Assembly: GCF_001194135.2 (NCBI RefSeq)
Contig: NC_069002.1
Span: 28,372,900 to 28,436,899 of the forward strand
Direction: 5' to 3'
DNA from: Octopus bimaculoides
Lineage: Eukaryota
DNA length: 64,000 bases
Made by a program: the position numbers and the translations under genes. Shown piece after piece: positions 24,871 through 37,995 of the stretch. Below the pieces are notes generated by a model. It searched no databases, had not been told where the DNA came from, and worked only from the letters and a program-made list of their open reading frames with translations. Position 1 is the first letter of the stretch; each line of letters begins with the position of its first letter.

Positions 24871-26899
24871 ACACCATTTGATGATTTAGGGACTTGTTCA
24901 TCTGTAAGTAACTGCAAAAAACAAAACAAAAAAAAAGAATAGTAAAATTCAGACAACCCGCAAGCTTGTGATGTGAAACGAGAACACAACAAATTTCTAT
25001 ACATCATGACCATCCTCTTACAAAAACAGCATTGTTGTACAGGTATAGTTTCCTCACCGACTGCAACAATATTAAAGTGAACAAGCTTTTTTTTTTCAAA
25101 TGGAATTGAACGAGCTTTTGTAAAATGAAATTGAACGGAGTTTTATAGAATGAAATTATTATATAAAAAAGAATGGTATAAATTCTGTCATCTGCAGACC
25201 TATAAAAGAAATCGATAGAATCCATTTGTCACTAAATAAGAGAAAGGAATAAAAATATAGAGAAACCCGAGCATTATAGATTCTAACTAGCAAGCACTTT
25301 TACCATGAAGAGTAGCAGACTGGAGTGGGAAAATTCTGCTTTAAAATATTATATTAAAGATTAGATATGGATCCAGGACGAGCATTTGGTTTCTGCGAAA
25401 ATGTAAAACTAAACAATTTTTTTTCTTCTGTTTCTTTCTGTGTATTTCGTTAAATTTTGTTTTTCGGCGACATTTTGCCCATTTACTTGCAAATAGAATT
25501 AAATAAAAATTGTTTTTTTTCTTTTCTCTAGAACCCCCCCCCCCCAAGCTGTCATGTAACACTTTGTGCCTGAAACTTAGTTTTAAAGAAATATATATTT
25601 AATAGAATTATAAATCACAAAAAGAACTTTTAAAAATGTTCACCAAGTCGCATTTACAGATTAAATAACGTGTGTGTATATGTGTGTAAATATGTATATG
25701 AGTGTTTGTGTGTATGTAACTATGCGTGTATATACGTTTCTCTCTCACACACAGATGCATATATATATATATATATATATATATAAGATTGATCTCGCTC
25801 ATCTTACTGTAATGGCTTAGGATGTTGGACTTACTTTCCGATAAAAAAGATTAGTGAAACATGAAGCGGAAATACAGAAGGAGAAAATTGTGTGTGAGAG
25901 AGAGAGGGGGAGGGAGAAGAACAAAGTCTAGTTTGAAAGAATTATAACAAGGAAGCAGTTTAGTGATAATTGCCGGAAGTGGATCTAAGACACTTTACGT
26001 TTTCTGTCATAGGTTTTAGAGGAGTTCATGTTTGAGCAAGGACATAAGAACAATGAAGACACTTTTCTGTAACAGTTTCGATTAAACTAACACCATCCCT
26101 CCCCCATACAATCATTTCATTATAAAGTAATTGTGAGGTGGTGAAAAACAAAATTGAAGAATTTGCTGGTGAAATGCCTTGCGTTATTTATTTCAAGACC
26201 ACGCTGATGTTTGGAAAAGGTTTGTCTTTCATCTATTTGGAATCAATGGAGTAAACTACCAGGCCAGAACGGTGGCTGAGTGGAATTGACATAGCGATGG
26301 AAGGGTGGATTTCTTGTGATATTTATCCCGGTTCTTTGTATTGTGAGTTCAAATCTCGCCATGTACTTATTTCTTCATTTGATTTCACAACGCCATCTGG
26401 TATTTCGGGTGGCTTCGGCCGAGAAAAGCATTCGGTTTAGACTTCCGGTTTAAGACTACCTTCCACTCTCCCAACAGTTCTGGGAGCCATGTAAAGGGTG
26501 ACGGGCCCAGCCTATCGCTCCTGATCCTTAGGCCAGTTCCGGCCTCTCACACCTAACCTGCAATGTATTGCTAAAAATTTACAACCGCATCATCGAAATC
26601 TCGAAGCTATGAGGTAACGCATTATTACTTAAAACAATGTGAATAAATAAGCATTACATTTGACAAAGTAATCTGAATGCTGAAGGGTTGTAACAAAAAA
26701 ATAGCAACAACAAACAAACAAATGTAAGAAAGAAACACTTTATAGTTATTAGCTCTATTTTTTTTTAAAATTTCAAATCCAGTCAACGAGTGAAGCAGTC
26801 CCGGCAATACACTGTAACCACAAATCAATTTCGACTGTGACACGCATGGTTAAGTTTATGAATTTATCTTTTGATTGTTTTTTCATTAGCCTGCGGCGA

Positions 26900-27560
26900 T
26901 GCCGGAGCATCACTTTGAAGAATGTTAGCCGAACGAATCGAACCCACGATTCATTATATTTTTGTAAAGCCGGGTACTTATTCTGTCGGTTTCTTTTGCC
27001 GAAGTTAGCGGTTCGGCAAAAAGAGATTGTGGTTGTCCCCCATCAACGCTTCACAACCAACACCGGTTGTCAAATGGTAATGGACACACACACATACACA
27101 CACACACACAAATTTGAATCTGGCGTGAATTGAACTCGGAACATAATGTGCTGGAACAGATGCCGCTACGCATTTTGTCCGACGCACTAACAATTGAACC
27201 TATCTATTAGACAAGTACTTTATTTTCTCGATCCCGGAGAGATGAAAAGTACAGTTGACCGTGGCGAAATTTGAACTCACAACGTAAAAATCCGAAAGAA
27301 GTGTCGCTAAGCGTTTTGTCCGACGCTGTAACGATTCTGCCCCACTGCATCTCATATAGACACAAGGCCTGAACATTTGTGGGGAGGGGCTTAGTTTATA
27401 ACACTAGTTTTGGTATTTGACTGGTACTTTGTTTTACCGACCCCGGATTTGAACTCGGAACATAAGGTATCGAGACATCAAGTAGCGTTGTCAAATCAAG
27501 TGACGAAATAAGTACTGCCCAATTAAACCATGACGAGATTTGAACTCACAATGCCAAGAA
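26900..27560 (-). mobile_element. Rearranged family A fragment followed by a cluster of decayed family B SINEs
   Basis: ATTTGAACTC (reverse B-box-like) near 27130, 27270, 27450 and 27540. Confidence 0.7.
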
Positions 27561-28864
27561 TCATAAAAAAATATTGCTAGCTCTGTCAATTCCACTCGTC
27601 CACCGTTCTGGCCTGGTACATCGATCCCAACGCATTTTGTCCCATACTCTATCGATTCTACTGGTCTGCTACCATTTTGAATGAGTCACGCTGAGACTAA
27701 TATAATATGGTCTTTATACAGCATCTTCGTGAGGTCTTGCATCATATCCAAGACAGACACAGCTTCAGTTTCTCTGTCTTTTAGTTCTGCATCATATCTA
27801 AAAATAACGAATGGTTTCCCCATGTAATTTTCACTATCCACATTACAATTTATTTTAAGATCTTCTTTCCTTAATTACTTGTTGCTGTTTGTAAACAACG
27901 ATTACACACACCATCCCGCACAAACAATCACTACCCCACAAAAACACACATACATAAACCCGCAAAAGCACACACACCAACACGCACATACGAACACATA
28001 CACATAATTCCGATAAATAATCAAAGTATTCCACAATCCAAGAAAATGGATGGAGAATATTTAATTATTCTTTTCCTGAGAACTTGGCCAGCGTGATTGA
28101 ATTCGCGTTCCGTCAGAGGAAAATGCGTGACCAAGTTATTAGGAAACGGAAAATTTGTAAGATTACAAGTGTAGTAGATATCTTTTAGACTTGCTATAAA
28201 AATTGATCCCGTGTTTAAACGCCAACTTTCTTAACCATTTTATTAAAAGATCAAGTCAATCGATTAACTTTGCCTTTCGCTAACATTGTCAGAATTCGAT
28301 TTTTCCCCCAAAATTCAAGTCCGGTTCAGAAAAATTTGACCTACGAAAGAAAATTTAGACTTAGCGAGATGAATACGAAAATGTGGGAAATTTGACTGGC
28401 GACTGTTGGTGCTGCCATCTAGTAAGAGAGGGATAGAAAGAGGGTTTTTGGAGTAAGTGAGGGAGAGGAAGAAGGTTTACTAAGAAAAATAAGGGAGGTT
28501 GAAGTTACCCTTTAAAGGGAGAGAATAGTTCAGGGTTTATAACTTACTTTTTATTGCTATTATGAGATGTCTGTTTCTTATGAGTGAGAAAACATATGAA
28601 ATAATATTTCCATATAATTCATTTTTCCCCTTCATTTTGAGTGTCCACGTGGCTGTATACGAAAATGTTTTGCCCTTATTACACGTTCTTCTGAATATTG
28701 GTTTTTAGAATTCCTCTGTATTACTGTAGAAAAACATAAAACAGGAATATTAGATGTTATTCCGAAAAACATTGCTGTAAAAGGGAGAATTCTTTCTTCA
28801 TAAATTCGAAATACATGGAAAAAAATGTGAAGCGTGTATCTAACTTGTCACGAATAAAATATTG

Positions 28865-29536
28865 ATTTCAAATTTTGACACTCGGTCAGCAATTTTGGAG
28901 GAGGGGCTACGTCAATTACATCGACCCCAGTGTTCAACTGGTAAGTCGATTTTATGGACCCTGAATCGAATGAAAGGCAAAGTCAGCCTCGGCGGAATTT
29001 GAACTCAGAACGGATGAAATGCCGCAATGCATTTTTCCCGGCGTGCTACCGATTCTGCCAACTTCACCCCTTTTAATTCCCATAATATTTTCAAATATTG
29101 GAACAAGGCCAACAAGTTCGGAAAGGGGCTAAGTCGATTACATCGACCCCATTGTTCAACTTGTACTTATATCATCGACCCCGAATCGGATGAAAGGCAA
29201 AGTCGGCCTCGGCGGAATTTGAACTCAGATCATAAAGACGAACGTGAAGAAATGCCGCAATGCATTTATCCCGGCGTGTTACCGATTCTGCCAGCTCACC
29301 ACCTTACTACGAATAGTATTGGTTTCGCATTTTGGCACAAGACCAGCAATTTCGGGGGGAGGAAGTAAGTCGATTCCATCGACTCAGTGATAAACTGGTA
29401 CTTATTTTATCGACCCCAAAATGGACGTAAGGCAAAGTCAACCTCGGCGGAATTTGAACCCAGAACGTAAAAACAGACGAAATGTCGCTAAGCATTTCGC
29501 CCGGCGTGCTAATGGTTCTGCCAGTTCACCGCCTTG
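28865..29536 (-). mobile_element. Three head-to-tail family B SINEs
   Basis: CTCGGCGGAATTTGAAC occurs three times, about 230 bp apart. Confidence 0.9.
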
Positions 29537-30413
29537 TCACGAATAATATTGACGAAACTTACGAATGGTGTTATTAGTTTTACCTGTTACTAATAAAGAA
29601 CTACAGGTACATTTCCGAAACCTTGAGTCAACATAGCCATATTAATTTAATGGCTACTATAAATATTATAAAGACTTAGTGTTTGTCTCCCAACGCTTGA
29701 CAAACTGCGTTTGGTTCTTTACGTTCTCTCAACTTCGCTATTCAGCGAAAAACCGATAAAACAAATGCTCATCATAAAAATTGTAAATACTGGGGTTGTA
29801 TTTGTTCGACTAAATTCGTGAAGACTGCTCCGGATTGGCCGCAGTCCAATGGCTGAAACAAGCAGAAGAATCCTATATTGTGCTGACGCATACAAAACGG
29901 GTTTTGTTGACAATGGATATTATATTGTATGCCTCTCTCATTTCCCAGCTGAGGTAGATTAATTTTATTACTTTTGATCATGAATCACTTTGTTAAACAA
30001 ACCTTCACTAACATTGTTCTGATAAATATCTTATGAATATAATAATTGCGTTGGGAAAACAATTCTTACCTGATTACGCGACTTTTTCATCCATTTTTTT
30101 TTCTATCTCGTGTTTAGAACTAAGAACATGAAGAGAATATGGCGAAATTCAAGTGTTTTATCAAATTTTCAGAAAATATTCAAAACAAGAAAGCAAAATA
30201 TGAGAAAGATTGCGATAATTTGTATATAGCTGAATAAATCCTGATACGTATAGCTTTTTTGGCACCAACCTCCCTCTCTCTCATTCACTGTCCCTCTTTC
30301 TCGCTCTCTGATATATTTTGTCAATAAGTTGCTAAAAGCACCCAAACTTGTTCTTTGAGTAACTGCTGATAATTCGATTCAGTATAATGTGTCTCCACAC
30401 TCACACATACATA

Positions 30414-30452
<39 letters not shown>

Positions 30453-30851
30453 NNNNNNNNNNCAATGTTTGAGAATGTTATACTGGATTAGAAAAAAAAA
30501 GATTTTATGATCCTCTGTTATGGTTTCAATATACTGTTGTCGATCTCTATATATTTTATAGAACTTCAAAATGTGAGTTAAAATTGAAAAGACGTAAGTT
30601 TAACAATAGGTTTTTTAGAAAACGCTATATCGAAATTGCTTGAAGATAAGACCAGGGCAACTCTGATATTATTATTATTATTATTATTATTGTTGTTGTT
30701 GTGTAGTGTACTTTTTAATATCGTTTCTACTATCAAATCCCACTTTCGTTTCTCCACAATCCAAACAAAGTGACAAAGTAAGGCGGCGCGTGAAACATTG
30801 CGAATAATGGCGGTTCTTGTTTTACCAGCATCCACAATTTTTAATGGGAAA

Positions 30852-31140
30852 TCTCCTGGCTCAGTGGTTAGGTTGCTGCTGCTGCACTCACGATCATAAT
30901 ATTATGGGTTCGATTCTTGGACAATGCAGTTCGATATGTTTTTGAGCAAAACACTTAATTTCACGCTACTCCCCTCCACTCAACTGTAAATGACTTCTAA
31001 CAACAGCAGGGAAGTTAACCCTGCGACGGACCGGCGTCACGTCCAGTGGAGAATGTCGTAATCTCCGTCAGCTTTACGCTGGGGGAACCGGGCTCTGTTG
31101 CAGCAGCTGTATGAGTTCTAGAACTGGACGAGGACATAAG
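30852..31140 (+). mobile_element. tRNA-headed SINE with CORE-like segment and CCCTGCGACGGACCGGCGTCACGTCCAG body
   Basis: TGGCTCAGTGGTTAG and GGTTCGATTC boxes; body motif shared with 338-620. Confidence 0.65.
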
Positions 31141-31209
31141 CCTATATCTAATAACTATTAAAGTATCGTATATGTGTGTGTTCCCCATTATTGTTGATAA
31201 TTAAACACA

Positions 31210-31616
31210 GATGCAGGAATGGCTGTGTGGTAAGAAGTTCCCTTATCAACCACATGGTTCCGGGTTCAGTCCCACTGCATGGCACCTTGGGCAATTATCT
31301 TTTACTTGTGCCTCGGGCCGACTAAAGGTTTGGGAATGGATTTGGTAGATGGAAACTGAAAGAAGCCTGTCGTATATATAAGTAAATATATACATCTATG
31401 TGTGTGCGTCTGTGTTTGTCCTCCCCATCACCACTTGACAACCGGTGCTGGTATGTTTACGCCCCCGTAATTTAGCGGTTCAGCAAAAGAGAACAGATAG
31501 AATAAGCACCAGGTTTTAAAAATAAGTACTGGGATCGATCCATTCGACTAAAAATTCAAGGCGGTGCTGCAGCATGGCCGCAATCTAATGATTGAAACAG
31601 ATAAAAGATAAAAGAA
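31210..31616 (+). mobile_element. Family A SINE, full length
   Basis: Collinear with 15018-15408. Confidence 0.9.
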
Positions 31617-31723
31617 TGATACTTGAGAAAAGAAAATAACAACACATTACGAATACTTTGCGTCACGAGTTGTTAATGTAAATACGTTTTTGTTTTTTTT
31701 CAATACTACATTGAATTGAATTA

Positions 31724-31911
31724 CCATATTCATTCGTGTATAAGGCGCACTATTTTAGATTCGATTTCAACGGGGTCGGTGGTGAAAACTGGGGTGTCAC
31801 TTATACACAGGGAAAAGCCGATATCGATCAAATTTGAATATGAAAATAAGAAACTTTGTATCACTATTTAACTCCGAATTATGGGCGCGACTTGTACACG
31901 AATAATTACAG
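31724..31911. mobile_element. pogo/Tigger-type MITE
   Basis: Imperfect 25-bp TIRs (CCATATTCATTCGTGTATAAGGCGC vs reverse complement CTGTAATTATTCGTGTACAAGTCGC, 19/25) flanked by TA on both sides. Confidence 0.7.
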
Positions 31912-32099
31912 TAGATGGCTTACAGTTTACATTTCAACTCGAAACGCCAGTAAAAATCCCGGCCTGCGAAGGTCAAAGCCATTTTTCCAGATCATTGTTT
32001 ATTGCCCGTAGCCGTCACTTCCAAGCGAGTGTGACCCACTAGCTGGCGAATAGTTTTAAGCGCCGGTGTAATTGCGAGTAGACATAAATATCCAACCCC

Positions 32100-32310
32100 G
32101 CCCACGTCACCTCAGTTCTACCCAGCCTGGATCCAAAGGGATATTGAGGATGTATCTGAAGGGAAAGAGGGTGGTACTAACCCTCAACGGGTACCCACCT
32201 ATAGATGAGAGTAGGCTGGATGAAAGTAGAATGAAGTGCCGTGCTCAAAGACACAACATGATGCCTAGCCCAGATATCGAAACCACGACCTCACTATAGT
32301 GAGATCAAAT
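32100..32310 (-). mobile_element. Decayed tRNA/CORE-type SINE
   Basis: AATGAAGTGCCGTGCTCAAAGACACAAC..ATCGAAACCACGACC is a reverse CORE plus B-box. Confidence 0.55.
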
Positions 32311-32689
32311 ACGTTGACAGATATAAGCTTTTTTTTTTCTTTAAAATTAAGCGTACACTAACGCACACATATACTGAGGCACGTACACAGGCATCAGTGC
32401 ACACACACACACAGACTCTTTACAGATGTAGACACGCTGTACCATAAAAAGGTTTGTTGGAAGAAAGTCGTAATTCATAATTCACCAATGTTTCTATATT
32501 GGATCAAAGATTGACATGATTAAAGACTTACTATGAAAAACATCATAAAGGACAAACGCCACAAATATATAGAGACTCTGTATAACTAATAATTATCTTT
32601 TCCGTTACTCTTTAAGTATTTTCGTTTCCTTCGTTCGCAAACGCTTTGACTGCGTAATTAAATGTCATGGTCATTCCCGTAAAATTGGT

Positions 32690-33598
32690 TTCATATTTGG
32701 CACAAGGCGTGAAATTTTGTGGGATGGGGGCAAGTTGATTACATCAACTTCAGTGCTAAATTGGTACCTATTTTATCGATCCAGAAAAGATAAAGTCGAC
32801 CTCAGCGGAATTTGAACTCTGGATGTAAAGTCAGACGAAATGTCGCTAAGCATTTTGCCCGGAGTGCCAGCTCGCCGGCTTTTTTTATTTTTATTTCTGT
32901 AATATTGTTTTTAAATAAGACAGCAAGCTGGTAGAAACGTTAGTACACCGGGCGAAATGCTTAGCGGTATTTCGTCTGTCTTTACGTNNNNNNNNNNNNN
33001 NNNNNNNNNNNNNNNNNNNNNNNNNNNNNNNNNNNNNNNNNNNNNNNNNNNNNNNNNNNNNNNNNNNNNNNNNNNNNNNNNNNNNNNNNNNNNNNNNNNN
33101 NNNNNNNNNNNNNNNNNNNNNNNNNNNNNNNNNNNNNNNNNNNNNNNNNNNNNNNNNNNNNNNNNNNNNNNNNNNNNNNNNNNNNNNNNNNNNNNNNNNN
33201 NNNNNNNNNNNNNNNNNNNNNNNNNNNNNNNNNNNNNNNNNNNNNNNNNNNNNNNNNNNNNNNNNNNNNNNNNNNNNNNNNNNNNNNNNNNNNNNNNNNN
33301 NNNNNNNNNNNNNNNNNNNNNNNNNNNNNNNNNNNNNNNNNNNNNNNNNNNNNNNNNNNNNNNNNNNNNNNNNNNNNNNNNNNNNNNNNNNNNNNNNNNN
33401 NNNNNNNNAAGGCAGCGAGCTGGCAGAAACGTTAGCAGGCCGGGCGAAATGCTTAGCGTCATTTCGTCCTCCTTTTTATGTTCTGAGTTCAAATTCCGCC
33501 GAGGTCGACTTTGCCTTTCATCCTTTCAGGTTCAATAAATTAAGTAGCAGTTGCGTACTGGGGTCGATCTAACGGACTGGCCTCCTCCCCGAAAACCT
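32690..33598. mobile_element. Family B SINEs: minus copy 32690-32880, plus copies 32918-(gap) and 33410-33598
   Basis: Head-to-head arrangement; match to family B. Confidence 0.85.
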
Positions 33599-34278
33599 NN
33601 NNNNNNNNNNNNNNNNNNNNNNNNNNNNNNNNNNNNNNNNNNNNNNNNNNNNNNNNNNNNNNNNNNNNNNNNNNNNNNNNNNNNNNNNNNNNNNNNNNNN
33701 NNNNNNNNNNNNNNNNNNNNNNNNNNNNNNNNNNNNNNNNNNNNNNNNNNNNNNNNNNNNNNNNNNNNNNNNNNNNNNNNNNNNNNNNNNNNNNNNNNNN
33801 NNNNNNNNNNNNNNNNNNNNNNNNNNNNNNNNNNNNNNNNNNNNNNNNNNNNNNNNNNNNNNNNNNNNNNNNNNNNNNNNNNNNNNNNNNNNNNNNNNNN
33901 NNNNNNNNNNNNNNNNNNNNNNNNNNNNNNNNNNNNNNNNNNNNNNNNNNNNNNNNNNNNNNNNNNNNNNNNNNNNNNNNNNNNNNNNNNNNNNNNNNNN
34001 NNNNNNNNNNNNNNNNNNNNNNNNNNNNNNNNNNNNNNNNNNNNNNNNNNNNNNNNNNNNNNNNNNNNNNNNNNNNNNNNNNNNNNNNNNNNNNNNNNNN
34101 NNNNNNNNNNNNNNNNNNNNNNNNNNNNNNNNNNNNNNNNNNNNNNNNNNNNNNNNNNNNNNNNNNNNNNNNNNNNNNNNNNNNNNNNNNNNNNNNNNNN
34201 NNNNNNNNNNNNNNNNNNNNNNNNNNNNNNNNNNNNNNNNNNNNNNNNNNNNNNNNNNNNNNNNNNNNNNNNNNNNNN

Positions 34279-34317
<39 letters not shown>

Positions 34318-34320
34318 CAC

Positions 34321-35135
34321 GCACGATGGGCTTCTGACAGTTTTCGTCTACCAAATCCACGCACAAGGCTTTGGTCGGTCCGAGGCTACAGTAGAAGACA
34401 TCTGCCCAAGGTGTCCTGCAGTGGGCGTGAACCCGGAACCATGTGATTGGGAAGCAAGATTCTTACCATACAGACACCCCTTTGCCTATCCACAACTTTC
34501 ATTACGTTTCTTTGGAAAAGTTCTTCGCTCTTTGCTATCGAAACTTCCGTAAAGCATTTACCGTTCTTTTAACTGACATCAACTCCGCTGTTTCTCCCTT
34601 ATTTTCCTCATTAACATGTAAAAACTTGTTGAATGGTGAGGAGGGATTCTTTTATGTTTCAGCCTAAAGGCAGTGGCAATTCTGGGGCACTTTTGATGTT
34701 TTTATTTTTAGGGCAGGGTCATGTGCTTGAGAAGTTCGCCTTGCAATCCTGCTGTTATAGTTTCAGTCCTACTGCGCAGTATCTTGGACGAGTGTCTTCT
34801 TCTCTAGCCCTACGACGGCCAATGCCTTGTGAGAGAATAGATTGGTAGAAAGAAACTGTGTGGAAGCCCGTTACATGTTTGAGTATATGTGCTTATTCGA
34901 GTCTGTATACGCATTCACACGCGCACACACAGATATTCCTCTGAGTGTTTTCAAGCCACCGCTTGACAACACCCATTGTTGGTTTGTTTATGTCCCGTAG
35001 CATAGCAATTTGTCAAAAGGATCCGACAGATTAAGCACCGGACTTAGAAACGTAAGTACGGGGTTCGATTTGTCCGACCGTTTCCTTCAAGTGCCCCAGC
35101 ATGGCCACATTCCAATGACTAAAACAAATAAGAGA
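34321..35135. mobile_element. Family A SINEs: minus head half 34321-34480, plus copy 34710-35135
   Basis: Match to family A. Confidence 0.8.
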
Positions 35136-35774
35136 GTAGTAGTAGTGGTAGTAGTAGTAGTGGTAGTAGTAATAGTAGTAGTAGTAGTAATAGTAGTGGT
35201 GGTGATGATGATGACGATAATAATAATAATAATAATAATAATAATAGTAGTAGTAGTAAAGCAGTGGAATAGAGAAATGGGATAACTGTAAGACTCATTT
35301 CAATTTTTCTCTTTACATTTATGAGTTCAAATCCTCCCAGAATCGCCTTTAGATTTTTAAAAAAGTTTTATTTTATTATATCCATCTGGGCGCCGGGGTT
35401 CAGATTGTCAAGGGTTGGAGTCGATTAAACGGACTGTCTTCCCTCTTCTCGAATATTTCGGGTATTAATGCCATTTATGAAAGAAAGCATCATGATTACA
35501 TTTCATCTTTCAATATCCTGTATTTCTGTTAGAACCAAACTGAAACATTGGAAGAAGCCGTCATCACTAAGCGGGTGACGACAAGACAAGTTAAGATGAT
35601 TAATTCACGAATAAGCTTACAATCAGAATCTTGTTGCTTGGAAGCCAATAAAAAAAAATAAAAAGTTTCACATAATTTTCTTGTATATTATCTCTTTTCT
35701 ATTCTCAATATTACTTCTTCCTAATTATATTCTGGTGCTGTTGTTGCTGTTCTTATTGTTTCAGCTTGCATACT

Positions 35775-35805
<31 letters not shown>

Positions 35806-36534
35806 GTGTGTGACTCTGTGCGTGTGTGTGTGTGTTGATTAATTAAATTAATTACTAGATGGGGTGTAGATATGTGGATGTGCCAAAGTNNNNNNNNNNN
35901 NNNNNNNNNNNNNNNNNNNNNNNNNNNNNNNNNNNNNNNNNNNNNNNNNNNNNNNNNNNNNNNNNNNNNNNNNNNNNNNNNNNNNNNNNNNNNNNNNNNN
36001 NNNNNNNNNNNNNNNNNNNNNNNNNNNNNNNNNNNNNNNNNNNNNNNNNNNNNNNNNNNNNNNNNNNNNNNNNNNNNNNNNNNNNNNNNNNNNNNNNNNN
36101 NNNNNNNNNNNNNNNNNNNNNNNNNNNNNNNNNNNNNNNNNNNNNNNNNNNNNNNNNNNNNNNNNNNNNNNNNNNNNNNNNNNNNNNNNNNNNNNNNNNN
36201 NNNNNNNNNNNNNNNNNNNNNNNNNNNNNNNNNNNNNNNNNNNNNNNNNNNNNNNNNNNNNNNNNNNNNNNNNNNNNNNNNNNNNNNNNNNNNNNNNNNN
36301 NNNNNNNNNNNNNNNNNNNNNNNNNNNNNNNNNNNNNNNNNNNNNNNNNNNNNNNNNNNNNNNNNNNNNNNNNNNNNNNNNNNNNNNNNNNNNNNNNNNN
36401 NNNNNNNNNNNNNNNNNNNNNNNNNNNNNNNNNNNNNNNNNNNNNNNNNNNNNNNNNNNNNNNNNNNNNNNNNNNNNNNNNNNNNNNNNNNNNNNNNNNN
36501 NNNNNNNNNNNNNNNNNNNNNNNNNNNNNNNNNN

Positions 36535-36575
<41 letters not shown>

Positions 36576-37100
36576 TGACATGCGCGCATTAATATATACA
36601 GACACACAACGCAATACAACACACACACACACACACACACACTGACATGCGCGCATTAATATATACGCACACACACACACACACACACACACTGACATGC
36701 GCACATTAATATATACAGACACACAACCCACACGAACACAGCACAACACATAAAGACACTCTCACACACATAAATATACGTTGGCACACGCATACACACT
36801 TTCACACAAATGCACGTACTCACATGCGCTCACACGAGCACTCACTCAAACACACGCAATTACACATTCAGGCGCCTACATAGATGCATATTCACACACG
36901 CACACGCACTGACATGCACACATATGCGTTCACACGCATTCACACATGCGCTGACACGCACACACGCACACACGCACTGACACGCACACAAATGCGTTTA
37001 CACAAGCGAGCATGTGCATTCATACATACACGCATACACATGCGCTTACACAAGCGAGCATGTGCACTCATACATGCGCTCACACATAAAACATTCACCC
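36535..37100. repeat. Compound CA/CG-rich microsatellite with an embedded 26-bp unit repeated three times
   Basis: ACTGACATGCGC(G/A)CATTAATATATAC at 36574, 36641 and 36691. Confidence 0.9.
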
Positions 37101-37834
37101 ACAGGAAATAAAAAGAAGAAAGAAACAGAAGCAATTTGATCCACAGAACTGTAAAAGGAAATATTGAACAGTTCTTGTATGGTAAATCTATAAACTACTC
37201 CAATTGCAGGAATCGGAAAAACAGGCTCTCCTTCACAGATGTAGGTCGCAACACATGCATTATTATTGCGAAGAATACTAAGTTCTAGATTTTGTTAGCA
37301 TATGACATAAGTGAAAGTCATTGGAAGAATCCAGGTTTTGGTTTCCACTTACTATCATTATTCTCCTTCCCCACCACCCAGCATTAAGTTTAACCGAGAA
37401 ATGAATATACGCCACTGCATCCTCTTCACTTCCTTTAAAATAATCGTCGCAGAAATACGTAAAATTATTCCTGTGCTTTAAATTTATAAGATGTTTTTTT
37501 TTTTTATTCGGTTTGTAAGATTCTTAATGTAAACATACGGGTATCGAAACAGAACGTGTTGTTTCAGGAGGGTCATTATGTCAATCATAAGCACATGCAC
37601 TGGTTGAATTTCACTTCTTTTATTCTCGTCAGTCAACTAGTTAACCATTTAACCAATCAGTTGCTTGATTAGTCGTTCGGCCAATCAACCAATCGATTGG
37701 TTAAATAGTTAACTGGTTGACTTACTACTAATAAAGATGATGATGGTGAAAGAAGTGAAATATAAGTAGTGCGTGTGTTGAGATAATGGCCCATCCAAGA
37801 TATTAAAAATTTCATATGACATTATTTCGAAGAT

Positions 37835-37995
37835 GCAGGCATAGCCATGTGGTTAAGAAGTTGGCTTCTCAATCACACATTTTCGAGTTCACTCCGACAG
37901 TGTGGCATCTCTGGTGAATGTCTTCTACTATAACTTCAGGTCAGTTAAAGACTTGAGAGCGAATTTGGTTGACCGGAACTGAAAGAAGCCCACTT
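37835..37995 (+). mobile_element. Family A SINE head half
   Basis: GCAGGCATAGCCATGTGGTTAAGAAG..GGAACTGAAAGAAGCCC. Confidence 0.75.
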
